Source: Mobula hypostoma
Taxonomy: Eukaryota
Assembly (NCBI RefSeq): GCF_963921235.1
Contig: NC_086097.1
Location: 29,142,001 to 29,206,000 of the forward strand
Direction of reading: 5' to 3'
DNA: 64,000 nucleotides
Part shown: positions 38,290 through 51,317 of the stretch, piece by piece
How the letters are laid out: each line of letters opens with the position of its first letter
Position numbering within the stretch: the stretch's first letter is position 1
Notes under the pieces: model-generated
Database searches by the model: none
What the model saw: only the letters and a program-made list of their open reading frames with translations
What the model was told of the DNA's origin: nothing
Translations under genes and position numbers: made by a program

Positions 38290-38990
38290 GTTACAGAAAG
38301 GATGTGGAGGCTTTGGAGAAGATTCCGATGAGGTTTACCAAGTGTGGGAACGAGTTGCCAGAGGAAATGGTTGATGCAGGTTGAATTACAATATTCAAGA
38401 GAAGTTTGGAGCTATGGAGGGATATGGTCCGGGTGCAGGTCGATGGGACTAGGCAGAAACCGGGTCATCATGGACTCGATGGGCCAAAGAGCCTGTTTCT
38501 GTGCTGTAGGAGTCTATGATTCTATGACTAATAGTGGCATATGCTTTAGGTTGGACGCGCTTGGGTTGTTTTTTCTGGAGCAGGGTAGGCTGAGGGAAGG
38601 CTTGACTGAGGTTTATAAGATTACCAGAGTAGACAGCCTGCATGTTTTTCCAAAAGTCAAAATGTTTAATACTAGAGGATGTGAATTTAAGATGAGAAAG
38701 GTTAAGTTCAAAGGAGATGCGTGGGACAAGATTTTTTACGCAGAGAGTGGTAGTTACCGGGGCTGCACTGCCCGGCGTCGTGGTGGAGGGAAAGACAGTT
38801 TCTTCCTGCATTCCAAAAATGTGCGGATTAGGGTGAATAGGTTGGGGCACAGTATGTTGGTATGGGAGGCAGGGCAACACTTACGGGTTGCCCCTGACAC
38901 ATCCTTGGACTGTGTTGGTTGTTGACACACACGATGCATTTCACTGTAGGTTTTGACATATGTGTGACAAGTAAAGCTAATCTTCTAATC
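38290..38990 (+). mobile_element. CR1 3' fragments followed by a SINE tail
   Basis: LDALGLFFLEQGRLREGLTEVYKI..NTRG; SINE tail from ~38800. Confidence 0.72.
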
Positions 38991-39489
38991 TTCCAGTCTC
39001 TTTGACATTCTTGCTGTTGGTTCGGCACTGCACACGAAATTCCAGTGTAGTCCAACTAAGCTTTGATACAAGTTTAACCTAACTTCCAATAATATGCACC
39101 AAAATTTAAACTCATGTTGGACTTGCCTTTTGTTATGGTTTTATTGATCTGTGTCACAACTTTCAGGGACACTGCATTTGGATTACCAAATTGATTTAGA
39201 TCCTTATTTTCCTTGCTGTGCCAATCAGAGCAATGCTATGGGCATTCGAACCTGCTCGGCCATTCAGGACAACCATTGCTGTTCGCCTATCTTAATTCCA
39301 CTTTTTCACTTTCCCCCACACCCTTGTTGCCTTGTGTATCTAGGTGTGTTAGACATGTGGAAAATCACTTGACAATTATACATTCATGTCTCCTAATTTA
39401 ATAATGTCTTCTTGTAATTTCTTCAATTTCTCTTGGTTATTTTTGATCTCAGCTTCAAACCTAGCATTTTTAATTGAAGTTAGTAAAAT

Positions 39490-39760
39490 TCTCTCTCTCC
39501 CTTCCCCCATTCACTCTCTTTTTCTCTTTCTCTTGCTCTCTTTCACTCTCTGTCTACTCATTCTCTCCCACTCTCTTTCTTTCTCTTTCTCTTTACCTTT
39601 CTCTCATCCACTCTCTCCTGTGCTTTTGCTCTTTTTCTTTCTTTCTTTTTCTTCCACTCTTTCTCTCCATCCCTCTATTTCTCGTTATCTCTCTCTTTCT
39701 TTTTTCCCTCTCTTGCTCTTTCTTTCTCTTCCTCTTTTCCTCTCCCTCCCTGCTTTTTTA
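39490..39760. repeat. Degenerate (CT)n polypyrimidine tract
   Basis: About 270 bp almost exclusively C/T. Confidence 0.9.
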
Positions 39761-41088
39761 GCCAGACAGCTCCCGTCTGACTCCAAGCTGCCTATCCCAC
39801 CAGCTTTTCCCTTTCTCAATATTCTATAGGCTCTCTGAAAATCTACCTACAGCACATTAAATCTTCTGCATTACCCGTCAAATTTCTCTGTTGCTGTAAA
39901 TCACAACTTTCCTCTCCTGGATAAATAAACCAGTTTGATAATATCTCAGTATCTGTAACACTTCGACAAGCGTAAAGTTACATTTGAGCTTTCCTTGCCT
40001 GGTGATTAAATGCCAACACACGCCACCAAAATCCGTCCAGCTTCACAACAGCAGCACCTCCATAGTTAGATCCTGGTATCAACCAGTCACCATCCCTTTG
40101 AGTTGTTGGTCAGTGCTGGTGGGTCTGGTCTGGTGCACTTGCATCTGTTCTGTATGAATATCGAGTTTGGCATCCTCTATATAGGAAAGTTTAGTGGGTT
40201 ACGGGTCAATTGCAGGTAAAAAGGACTAGCCAACATGACTAAAGTTCCTACCCACTCTAGCTGTTGTTTCTTCTCCCCTCTCCCGTGGGGCGGAAGATAC
40301 AAGAGGTTGAAAGCACGTGCCAGCAAGTTCAAGTACAGCTTCTATCTCACGGTTATAAAACCATTGAATGGTTCCTTTGTACAATAAGATGATCTCTTGA
40401 CTTCAATCTACCTCGTTACGACCTTGCAGCTTATTGTCTGCCTGCACTGCCCTTCCTTTAAAGATTAAAAATTAGCTTTATTTGTCACATGCACATTGTA
40501 ACATACAGTGCCATGTGCTGTTTTGGGTCAACAACCAACACAGCACACGGATGGTTCTGGGGGAAACTTGCAAGTGTCACCCCACTCCCAGCCCACAACT
40601 CACTACCCCTAATCGTACATCTGTGGAATGTGGGAGGAGATGGGAGCACCCACGCCATCGCAAGGAGAATGTGCAAACTCCTTACATATGGAACACTGAT
40701 CGGTGATCATTGGTGCTGTCAAGTGACTGCACTAACCACCAGCTACCTGAAACACCGTAATGGCAACGCTTTATTCTGAATTCTGTTATTGCCTTACCTT
40801 GTACTGCCTCGATGTGCTTATGCTTTGAAATTATTGGGTTGGATGGTATGCAAAGCAGTTTTCCACTATATCTTCGTACACGTGATTATAATAGACCAAT
40901 TTACCAATTACCATTAAAAAATGAGAACACATCCGGACCTTCCCAATTCATGAGGATTAGAACCTCACTGGGTTTATGGAATGGCAGGGACTGGTAAGGG
41001 GATGAAGCTTGGAGTCAGATCACTTCACCCACCTGATCATCAATTCCTCTGCCCTTATCCTCAGTACAACAGGTAAGCACATTGTTAC

Positions 41089-41326
41089 TGTGGTAAACCA
41101 TATATATATGTTGTAACATATATATATGTTGTAGTCTGGACATGCCCCTCTGCTGACTGCTCCTGTGGCTCCTCCCACAGAACCCTGAATAAAGGTGATT
41201 GCGCCATTGCTCCTCCCTCAGTCCAGGGCAGATACTCAGCATGGCTGAGGTCACATTTTACTGTTAATAAAAGCCTTTCAGTATTTACTCTACTTCCAGT
41301 CTTTTGGAGTAATTGATAGTGCATCA
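41089..41326 (+). mobile_element. Solo LTR (238 bp) with 5-bp TSD
   Basis: Begins TG(TGGTAAACC) and ends (GTGCAT)CA; GTTAC at 41084-41088 and 41327-41331; AATAAA near 41208 and 41266. Confidence 0.82.
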
Positions 41327-41347
41327 GTTACAGATTCTTATACTAGA

Positions 41348-42320
41348 CCATAAGACATAGGAACAGAACTAGGCCATTTGGATTTGTTATCCCTCTCAAC
41401 CCCATTCTCCTGCCTTCCCCCCGCCCCCCCGTAACCTTTGACACGCTTACTGATCAAGAACCTATCAATCTCTGCTTTACATATACCTAGTGACATGGCC
41501 TCCACAGACACCTGTGGCAATGAATTCCAGAGATTCACCACCCTCTGGCTAAAGAAATTCCTCCTCATCTCTGTTCTAAAGAGATGCCCTTCAATTCTGA
41601 GGCTGTGCCCTTTGTTCATAGACTCCTACAGGAAACATTCTCTCCACATCCATTCCATCTAGGCCTTTCAATATTTGATAGGTTTCAATGAGATCCCCCC
41701 ATCATTCTTCTAAACTCCAGTGAGTACAGATCCCAGAGGCATCAAGCACTCCTCATGTTAATCCTTTCATTCCCAGAATAATTCTTGTGAACCTTCTCCG
41801 GACCCTCTCCAGTGCCCACACATCTTTTTTCAGATAACTGTTCATAATACTACAACTACGGTCTAACCAATGCCTCATAGAGCCTCAGCATTACATCCTT
41901 GCTTTTATATTCTAGTCCTCTTGAAGTGAATACTAACATTACATTTGCCTTCTTTACCACTGACTCAACCTGCAAAGTTATTTGATTTTCTCCCCATTTA
42001 GAAAATAGTCGATGCCTTTATTCCTTCAATCAAAGTACATGGCCATGCACTTCCCTCACTGTAGTCTATCATTTCTTTGTCCATTGCCCCAATCTGTCTA
42101 ATTCCTGCAGACACCCAGCTTCCTGAACACTACAGCTCTTCCACCTATCCTCGTATCATCTGCAAACTTGACCACAAAGCTATCAATTCCATCATCCAAA
42201 TCATTCACAGAAAATGTGAAAAGAAGCAGTCACAACACTGACTCTTGCAGAACACCACGAGTTACAGGCAGCTAACCAGAAAAGGTCCCCTTTATTTTCT
42301 CTCTTTGCCTCCTCTCACGT
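41348..42320 (-). mobile_element. 5'-truncated CR1 (RT to tail)
   Basis: ORF 41338-41619 GHSLRIEG..RRNFFSQRVVNLWNSLP; upstream rc FADD-region sequence near 42150-42260. Confidence 0.88.
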
Positions 42321-42559
42321 TACCTTGAGAACTGTGTGCTTTTGAGCATATAGAACACAGAACAGTACAGCCACAGGAACAATCCATAATGTCTGCTACG
42401 CTGAACATAATGCCAGGGGTAGTGTTACGGTTAGCATAATACCTTACAGTTTCATGTTGGGAATGTGGTACCCAACCTGAGCACAGCAAGATTCTACGAT
42501 GAGATCCCACGGGCAGCAATCACCAAGCATTCCAAACTGGCAAACTGATGAATTTGCAA

Positions 42560-43170
42560 GTTGGTTTATTATTGTTGCATGTAGTGAGGTGCAGTGAAAA
42601 CTTTGTTCTGCATGCAATCCATACAGATCATTTCATCGCAACAGTGCATCGAGATAGCACAAGGGAAACAATGACAGAAAACAGAATAAACCAGAAAGAG
42701 TGGGAGCAGAATTAAGCTATTGTGTCCACTCTGCCATTCAATCATGGCTGATTATCAAGGTGTAAGATCATAACGCGGTAGATTGTGAAGTCAAAAGTAC
42801 ATCCGATTGTACTAGAGAATCAGTTAATAGTTTTATAACAGCAGGATAGGAGCCGTCCTTGAGGTTGGTGGTAGGTGCTTTCAGACTTTTGTATCTCCTG
42901 TCCAATGGGAGGTGGAGGGGAGAGAATGTTCTGGATGGGTGGGGTTTTCAATCATGCTGCCTGCTTTCCCGAGGCAGCAAGAAGTACAGACGGAGTCCGT
43001 GGAGTGGCGGGGGAGGGAGGGGGTGGTGCTGGTTCCTGTCATGAACTCACAACTCTCTGAAGTTTCTTGCAGTCTCGCGCAGACCATTGTGCGTCCAGAT
43101 AGAATGTTTTCCGCCGTGCATTGATAAAAGTTGCCAAGCGTTGATGAGGCCATTGCAAATCTCTTTCTCA
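42560..43170 (-). mobile_element. Rex1-like 3' fragment
   Basis: LGNFYQCTAENILSG..LGKAGSMIENPTHPEHSL. Confidence 0.75.
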
Positions 43171-43699
43171 AATGCATTTCACAGTCTTTCTCCCACGGCA
43201 GGGGAGTTCAAAACTAGAGGGCAGAGGCATAAGGTGAAAGGGGAAAGATTTAACAGGACTTGAGGTGCAAAGATCTTCACACAGAGGGTAGTGGACATAT
43301 TAATTAGTCAGCATACAGTGCAGAATGGGCCCTTCCGGCCCTTCAGGTTATGCAAGCCCTAAAAAACCCCGATTTAACCCCAATCCAATCACGGGACAAT
43401 CCAAAATGACCAAGTAACCTATCTGCTATGTCTTCGGTCTGCGGGAGGAAACTGGAGCACCCGGAAAATTCCACGCATTCCATGGGAAGGACGTACAGAC
43501 TCCTGACAGAGGGCACTGGGATTGACCCCTGAACTCTAACATGGAACAAGGTGCCACAGGATGTGGTCAGACGAATGGTATTTGGTTTATTATTGGTGCA
43601 CGTACTGAGAAACGGTGAAGGACCTTTGTTCCTTTGTTTACCATGCAGGCAGATCACACCATTCAGACAGAATAAAGAAAAATAACACAGAATATGGTG

Positions 43700-44322
43700 T
43701 TAGATTATGAAGACACACATTCCTCTTTTATTGTCATTTAGTAATGCATACATTAAGAAATGATACAATATTTCCTCCGGTGTGATATCACAAAACACAG
43801 GACAGACCAAGACTGAAAAAAAACTGACAAAACCACATAATTATAACATATAGTTACAGCAGTGCAACAATACCATAACTTGATGAAGAAGTCCATGAGC
43901 ACAGTAAAAGTTCAAAGTCTCTCAAATGTCCCACATCTCACGCAGACGGGAGAAGGAAGAAAAACTCTCCCTGCCATGCCGACCACAGTCCGACTCTGAG
44001 TCATCCGAAAACTTCGAGCAATGATCAGCTCTCCGACACCAAGTACTGAGTGCCATCTCTGTCTGAACGATTTGACCTCCATCTCGGTCGCCAACAGTAG
44101 GCAAAGCCGGGGATTTTGAGGCCTTCCCTCCGAAAGATTCCCGATCACGCAGTAACAACAGCAGCGAACGGGCGTTTCAGAAACTTCTCCAGATGTTCCT
44201 CTGTACTTTCACGTCTGTCTCCATCAAATCAGAATTGTCCACGGCCCCTATTTAACGGATACAATATCATTTTTCACCGGAGGGCTGCGCACGCGCAGCG
44301 CGCTGCTCTCTCCCCTCCCGCC
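43700..44322 (-). mobile_element. Unclassified ~620-bp non-coding retroposon, copy A
   Basis: Reverse complement is collinear with 51318-51960 and 60813-61500. Confidence 0.9.
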
Positions 44323-46440
44323 GTTACAGACAAGCAGGCAATAAGGAGCGATGTAGATTGTGAGATCAAGACTTCACGAGTTCATCTTTCGGCATATGAG
44401 AAACCTATCCGGAAGCCTGATAACAGCGAGGTCCTTAGGCCCGGTGGTTCGTGCTCTCAGGGTTTTGGAACTTCCTCCTGATGGGGTGGGGGTGTTGTGA
44501 GGAGAGGATGACCAGGGTGGGTGGGGTCGTTGATTATGTTGACTGCATTCCCGAGGCAGTGGGGAGTGTAGACAGAGCCTGTGGAGGGGAGGCTGGTTTG
44601 CATGATGGACTGGTACACAGGTTGGAAAGCTCTAGAGGGCCAAAGTGGGACTAGCTCAGATAGACATTGTGGCTGCCATGGGTGAGTTGGGCCGAAGGGC
44701 CTCCTTTGTGCTGTATGATTCTATGCTCCATAAGTAACAGTGTGGGTTCTGGCACCTTGTTACTGGAATCGGGAATTTGGATGAGTGTCTAACAGCAATC
44801 TCCACTAACAACCTCACCTCCAATATCCATGGTCCACACTGGAATACACCGTGGGGTCTGATCTCCCGTCGTTCCCCCTCCACCCCCCCCACCTTGCCTT
44901 TCAGTGTGGCCTGTCGCAGCACTTCCACTTAGACTGGGAACCCTGTCTCCAATAGTCAAAGTCAAGATAAATTTATCATTAGAGCATGTACTGTATATGT
45001 TACCAGAAACTACCCTGAGATTTGTTTTCTTGCAAGGGATTTACAGGAAAATAAAGCAATACAATACAATTTACAATTACGAATAAAATACAATACAAAA
45101 CTACTGACAAAGAACCGGTTTGCAAAAGAAGACAAATTGTCCAAACTTTAAAAAATAATATTGCGACTGTGAGTTGTAGAGTCCTTGGAAGTGAGTCTGT
45201 AGGTTGTGGAATCAGTTCAGTGTTGGGGTGAGTGCAGTTATCCGCGCTGGTTCAGGAGGCTGATGCTTGTAGGGTAACAACCGTTCATGAGGCTGGTGGT
45301 GAGGGACCTAACCCCAGATTACCCCCCCACTCCACCATTCCCTCCACCCCACCACCGTCTCTCCATACCCCTTGGGGGCCCCTCTAAGCCTGAGGTAAAC
45401 AGCACAACCAGCGAAAGCGGTGCACGACAGTGGAAAATTGCTTGGGGTCTGCTTAAGAAAATAATAAGGGGATGTAAAAATCACAAAATAAATTGTTTTA
45501 AATCACAATCAAACATGTGCAGGAGCCAAGGGCTGCTAATATCAGTTTCTAGAATGAAGTCACTGAAATCACATTACAGCATTCAAATTTCTCTGGTGGA
45601 ACGCTCCCCTGCCAAAGTATCATCTTTCCCAGAAAAAGCTCTCAAGCATCATTTTTGATTTTTCTCCTTGATTGTGATGAAGTAATTTGCCTCAACCCAC
45701 AGTAGTGAACAGAACCTCAGGGGCCTGGGCTCGATCTACTCCCCCACTAACCTCCCGTCCTTTATTAGATAAACTCAATGTTGATCCTGCGTAATATGCA
45801 CTCTGGGCCGTGAATTACCAGCCAATTAAGCGCGGCAGAATTTACTTTGGCTCGGGACGAGGTGAGGTATTTAATCTTGATGTTTCTTCTGCTCCTGCCT
45901 ATATCATTGGTGGAGCAAGCTGCCGACTGATGAAGTTGAAAGAGATTAATTGAAATCAGCAGTCTCATGCAAAGGACTTAAAGCAATTTTCTTTGACTCC
46001 TAGACTGCTTGATAGAGTTAGGCGGGCAAGTGGCCAAAGATTTTATTTTTCCTGCCTATGTTATTAGTGGCCGGGGGGTTGATGGGAACGAAAGGGCGAA
46101 GGAATTGGTGGGATAATACTGAATGGCTGAGATCATTTTCGGGACAGCTTCTTCCCCTCCGCCATCAGATTTCTAAACAGCCCATGAACCCATGAACACT
46201 ACCTCACTATTCCTTTTTTTAACAACCCATTCCACCGCCATTTTGCTCCACAATCCTTACCTTAAACCGATCAACCTCTGCCTTAAGTACACCAAATAAT
46301 TTGGCCTCCACAACCAGGCTGTGGCAAAGAATGCCACAGCTTCAGCACACTCTGGCTATGGAAATTCCTCCACATCTCTGTGCTCAAAGGTTGCTCCTTT
46401 AGAACATTCTGACTAGTTGCATCACCATATGGTATGGAGA

Positions 46441-46662
46441 CAAGAGAGAATCTGCAGATGCTGAAATCCGAGCAGCACACACAACATGCTGGAGGAACTC
46501 AGCAGGCCAGGCAGCATCCGTGAAAAAAAAGTACAGTTGACGTTTTGGGCCGAGACTCCTCGGCAGGACTTCAGCGTCCTACTGAAAGGTTTTGGCCTGA
46601 AACTTTGACTGTAGTTTTCTTCCATAGATGCCGCCTGGCCTGCCGAGTTCCTCCAGCATTTT
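46441..46662. mobile_element. Fold-back Penelope-derived element with perfect 14-bp TSD
   Basis: Inverted arms ~46487-46569 and ~46576-46660; ATATGGTATGGAGA at 46427-46440 and 46663-46676. Confidence 0.88.
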
Positions 46663-46694
46663 ATATGGTATGGAGAAATGAATTATTCCGTCAA

Positions 46695-47050
46695 GGACAC
46701 CAGCTCCCCACCATCAAGGTTATCTTCAATAGACAATGCCTCAAGAAGGCAACATCCATCATTAAGGACCCCCACCACCCAGGGCATGTCCTCTTCTCAT
46801 TGCTACCATCCTGGAGGAGGTACAACAACTTGAAGACCCATTTTAGAAGCATGTCCTTTCCCTCCGGCATTAGATTTCTGAACAGACTTTGAACCCATGA
46901 ACATCACCTCACTAATTTTGCTCTCTTTTTGCCTATTTAATTTTTAAAATATTTCTTCCTGTAACTCATAGTATATTTTACGTATTGCGCTGTAACGCTT
47001 CCGCAAAACGACAAATTTCACAACGTATGTCAGTGATAGTAAATCTGATC
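46695..47050 (+). mobile_element. Rex1-like 3' end
   Basis: CLKKATSIIKDPHHPGHVLFSLLPSWRRY..FPSGIRFLN; tail cagtgatagtaaatctgat. Confidence 0.82.
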
Positions 47051-48052
47051 CAGATCGTTTGAGTGCACGTTTTCCCTCTCGTTGTTCGGCTTTGAGGCCG
47101 CACGGCTCCAGGAGCACGTCAGGAGACTGTGGGGGTACGTTCCGCACAAGGAGGTTCGCAAGTTGTAGGTAGGCCACGTCAGCACTGGAAGCACGGCGGC
47201 ATTTACGGTCTGCCCCAAACACATTCTTGAACTGTGTTGGTCGTTGAAGCTAACGGTGTATTTCAGTGTATGTTTCAATGTACACGTGACAAATAAAGCT
47301 AATCTAATCTCACAGCTCTGAGCTGGGGTCAGAGAGTCATAGAAAAATGCGGCATAGATACAGGCTCTTTGATCCAACTAGTCTATATCGACTACAGCAT
47401 CCTCCCAGCTAGTCCCAATTTCTCTATTCAATACATATCCCTTTAAACCCCAGCTCTTCACGTACCTATCAAAGTGCTTCTTAAATTATACTATTATACC
47501 CTCCTCAACCACTTCCTCTGGCAGCTCGTTGCATATATTCACCATCCTCTGCGTGACAAAGTTGTGTCCCTCAGGTCCCTTCTAAATCCTCCCCCCTCAC
47601 ATAAATCTATTTCCCCTGGTTTTAGACTCCTCTACCCCTGGGAACAAGACTGTTACCATCCCCCTCTATAAGGTTACCTCTCTTTCTCCCACATTCGAAG
47701 GAGTAAAGTCCTGCCAAAATCTTCACCATGCTACAACTGCTAACCGCAGTTACATCCCGGGGCGTCAGAGTTCAGAGTTCAATTCTGGTGAGTTTGTACT
47801 TCCTCCACGTGGAATGCATGGGTTTTCTCCGGGTGCTCCAGTTTCCTCCTACATTACAACGACGTACCACTTAGTGGGTTAATTGGTTATTGTAAATTGT
47901 CCTGTGATTAGGCTAGGGTTAAATCGGGGGTTGCTGGGCAGCACGGCGCGAAGGGGCAGAAGGGCCAGTTCGGTGCTGTATCTCAGTGAGTAAATCAATA
48001 AACAAAGCTGGAGGGACTCAGCTGGTCAGGCAGCATCTGTGGAGGGAAATAA

Positions 48053-48483
48053 ACCATATATAACCATATAACAATTACAGCATGGAAACAGGCCATCTCG
48101 GCCCTTCTAGTCTGTGCCGAACTCTTACTCTCACCTAGTCCCACCAACCTGCACTCAGCCCATAACCCTCCATTCCTTTCCTGTCCATATAGCTATCCAA
48201 TTTAACTTTAAGAGACAACATCGAACCTGCCTCAACCACTTCTGCTGGAAGCTCGTTCTACACAGCTACCACTCTCTGAGTAAAGAAGTTCCCCCTCATG
48301 TTACCCCTAAACTTTTGCCCTTTAACTCTCAACTCATGTCCTCTTGTTTGAATCTCCCCCGCTCTCAATGGAAAAAGCCTATCCACGTCAACTCTATCAA
48401 TCCCCCTCATAATTTTAAATACCTCTATCAAGTCCCCCCTCAATCTTCTACGCTCCAAAGAATAAAGACCCAAATTGTTCAAC
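48053..48483 (-). mobile_element. Young CR1 3' fragment nested in a Penelope-like repeat (~48005-48570)
   Basis: LGLYSLERRRLRGDLIEVFKIMRGIDRVD..TRGHELRV..NFFTQRVV; host reads gggaaataaac | aacagtcgac across the insert. Confidence 0.88.
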
Positions 48484-49359
48484 AGTCGACCCTTCTTTGG
48501 GACTCAATAAGTTCTCAGCCCCAAATGCATTTTGTGTGTCAAGTCTTCCAGCATCTGCAGAGTCACTTGTGACTCATCCTTGTAAATCTTTTCCGCTTCT
48601 TTTCCATCTTAACTGTGTCTTTCCTAATACAAGGTGTGCAAAGGTATGTCTTTGGACTGTGGGAGGAAACCCATGCGGTCTCGGGGAGAACTTACAGACC
48701 ATGGTGGGAATCGAACCCAGGTCCCTGGTACGGTAAAGCATTGTGCTAACCCCTGCTCTAACTAAACTAATCCCTTCTGCCCCTATGTCTCCAACCTCTG
48801 CACATAAATGTGTCAATCCAAGAGCCTCTTGAAAACCTCTGTTGCATCACTTCTACCACCACCACCCCTGGCAGCACACATTCGAGGCACCCAACACCCT
48901 CTGTGTAAAAAAAATTGCCCCGCACATTCCTTTTGAATTTACCTCCTTTCACCTAGAACATAGAACAGTACAGATCCTTCGTCCCGTGATGTTGGCTGAT
49001 CTTTTAACCCACTCTAAGATCAAAGTAACATTTTCCTGTCACCTACATCTCTATTTTTCTCTCATTCATATGTCTATTTAAGAGGTGCTTAAATGTCCCC
49101 AGCCCTGGCAGTGTATTCCACTCACTGTGTGAAAAACCAACCTCTGGGAAACCCCTATATCTCTCTCCAATCACCTTAAAATTATGTCCCCTCACATGCC
49201 CTGGGAAAAAGTCTCTGGCTGTCCACTTTATTGCTGCCTGTTATTATCACTTTGTACACCTCTATCAAATCACCCTCCTCCTCCTTCTCGATACAATGTG
49301 ATATATGTTGTTTTGGGCCACAGTACAGTGCAAAGACATCAAATTACTGGAGGTTGATT

Positions 49360-49605
49360 TTTATTGTATTTTGAGATACAGGCCCTTCTGCCCAACGAGC
49401 CCGTGCTGGCCAATTACACTCATGTGACCAATTAACCTACCAATCCGCACGTCTTTGGGATGTGGGAGGAAACCGGAGCACCCGGAGGAAATCCACATGG
49501 TCACAGGGAGAACGTATGCACTTCTTGCATCCAGCGGTGGGAATTGAACCCGGGTCACTGGCACTGTACGGCATTACACTAAGCGCTACGATACTGTGCT
49601 GCCCA
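49360..49605 (-). mobile_element. Full-length tRNA-derived SINE
   Basis: rc gggcagcacagtatcgtagcgcttagtg..gacccgggttcaattccc..ggatttcctccgggtgctccggtttcctcccac. Confidence 0.85.
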
Positions 49606-50424
49606 AAGACTGCAAAAAATAAAATAGTGTAAATAAAGAAAGGAGTAACGAGAACGTGGATTCATTATAGTGAGGTGGTGGGTTGATGGACTGTTCATAA
49701 GTCTGACAGTGGAGGGGAAGAAGTTGTTCTTTCATCATTTAGTGTGTGTCTTCAGACTTCGGTACCTCCTCTTGACAGTAGTAGCGAGAAGAGGGCATGT
49801 CTTAGACAGTGAGTATCCTTAATGGTGGATATCCTTGAGGATGTCCTCAATGGTGGGGAAGGTTGTGCCCACTAAGTCCACAACCCTCCGCAGCCTCTTG
49901 TGATCCTGTGCAATGGGGCCTCTTTGCCAGGTCATCTGTCATTAAAGACATCCCCCACCCTCCCCCCCATCCAGAACAATCCCTCTTCCCATTATTGCCA
50001 TCAGGGAGGAAGACTCACACTCAACATTTTAGAAACAGCTTCCTCCCCTCCGCTATCAGATTTCTGAGCGGTCCATGAACCCATGAACACAACCTCGTTA
50101 TTCCTCTTTCACACTATTTATTTATTTTTGTAAGTTTAATAATTTTTTGTCTTGCACTGTACTGCTGCCATAAAACAACAAATTTGAAGACGTATGTCAG
50201 TGATAGTAAACCTGATTCTAATTATGATTCTGATTAATTCTAAACATGTTTCCCTAATCCAACTCTAATGTTTTAACTCTAACCATACTGCCCTAGAACT
50301 AACTCTCGTATCTCAACCCTAGTCACATTCTCCAACCCTAATTCTAATGCCGTAACCCAAATCGCACTGTCCTTAACCTAACACTAATGGTTTAACCCCA
50401 AACTTCATCCATGACAGATAAAAA

Positions 50425-51140
50425 AAATTAGTTTTAATTGTCACATGCATATGGAAACTCAAAGCATTGCAGTGAAATGCGTCGTTAGCATTGGTGTCCA
50501 ACACAGTCCGAGGACGTGCTGGGGGCAGCCTGCAATTGTCACCGCGCCTCTGGCACCAATGTAGCATGCCCACAGTTTACTAACCCTGACCAGTACGTCT
50601 GTGGGACGTGGGAGGAAAGCTGAAGCTCTGGGAGGAAACCTGGTCATGGGTGAACATACGAAGTCCTTGCCAACAGCAACAGGAATTGAACTCTGATTGC
50701 TGGTGCTGGGAACTGTTGCACGATCTGCCCTGTAACTGTGCCGCCCTCCGAGGCTACCATGCTCTCCTCTCTTCTCCTTTAGCCTTAGCTCATTAAGATG
50801 ATTTCTCTTTCAACTGGACATAGTAGCGCGATGGCTTTACAACACCGATGATCGTCAAGTGCGTTCGATTGCCACCACGGTCTGTAAGGAGTCTGTATGT
50901 TCACCCCATGACCTCATGGGTTTCCTGTGGGTGCTCCGCTCTCCTCCCACGCTCCAACGACGTACTGGTTAGGGTCAGGAAGTGGCGGACGTGCTATGCC
51001 GGCGCCAGAAACATAACGACACTTGCGGGCTGCCCCCCAGAACAATCCTCGGACTGTGTGGGTACCCAACACAAAACAACACATTTCACTGTGTGCTTTG
51101 GTGCTTCAATGCACTTGTGACAAATAAAGCCAACCTTTAA
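50425..51140. mobile_element. Divergently oriented SINE pair (minus ~50425-50745; plus ~50815-51140)
   Basis: Both carry head, core and the common tail, in opposite orientations about 70 bp apart. Confidence 0.78.
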
Positions 51141-51317
51141 TCTTTTGGAAATCCAACGTAAACTCTGAAACTCAGATAAAACCATAAGACACAGGAGCAG
51201 AATTATGCCATTCGGCCCATCAAGTCTGCTCTGGAATTTCATCATGGCTGATCCATTTCTGTCTCAACCCCACTCTTCTGCCTTCGCCCCATAACCTCTC
51301 ACATCCTGACTTATCCT

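Noticed and set aside
39386..39829. Hydrophobic L/S/F-rich ORF resembling a membrane protein
   Set aside because: Translation of a CT-rich low-complexity tract.
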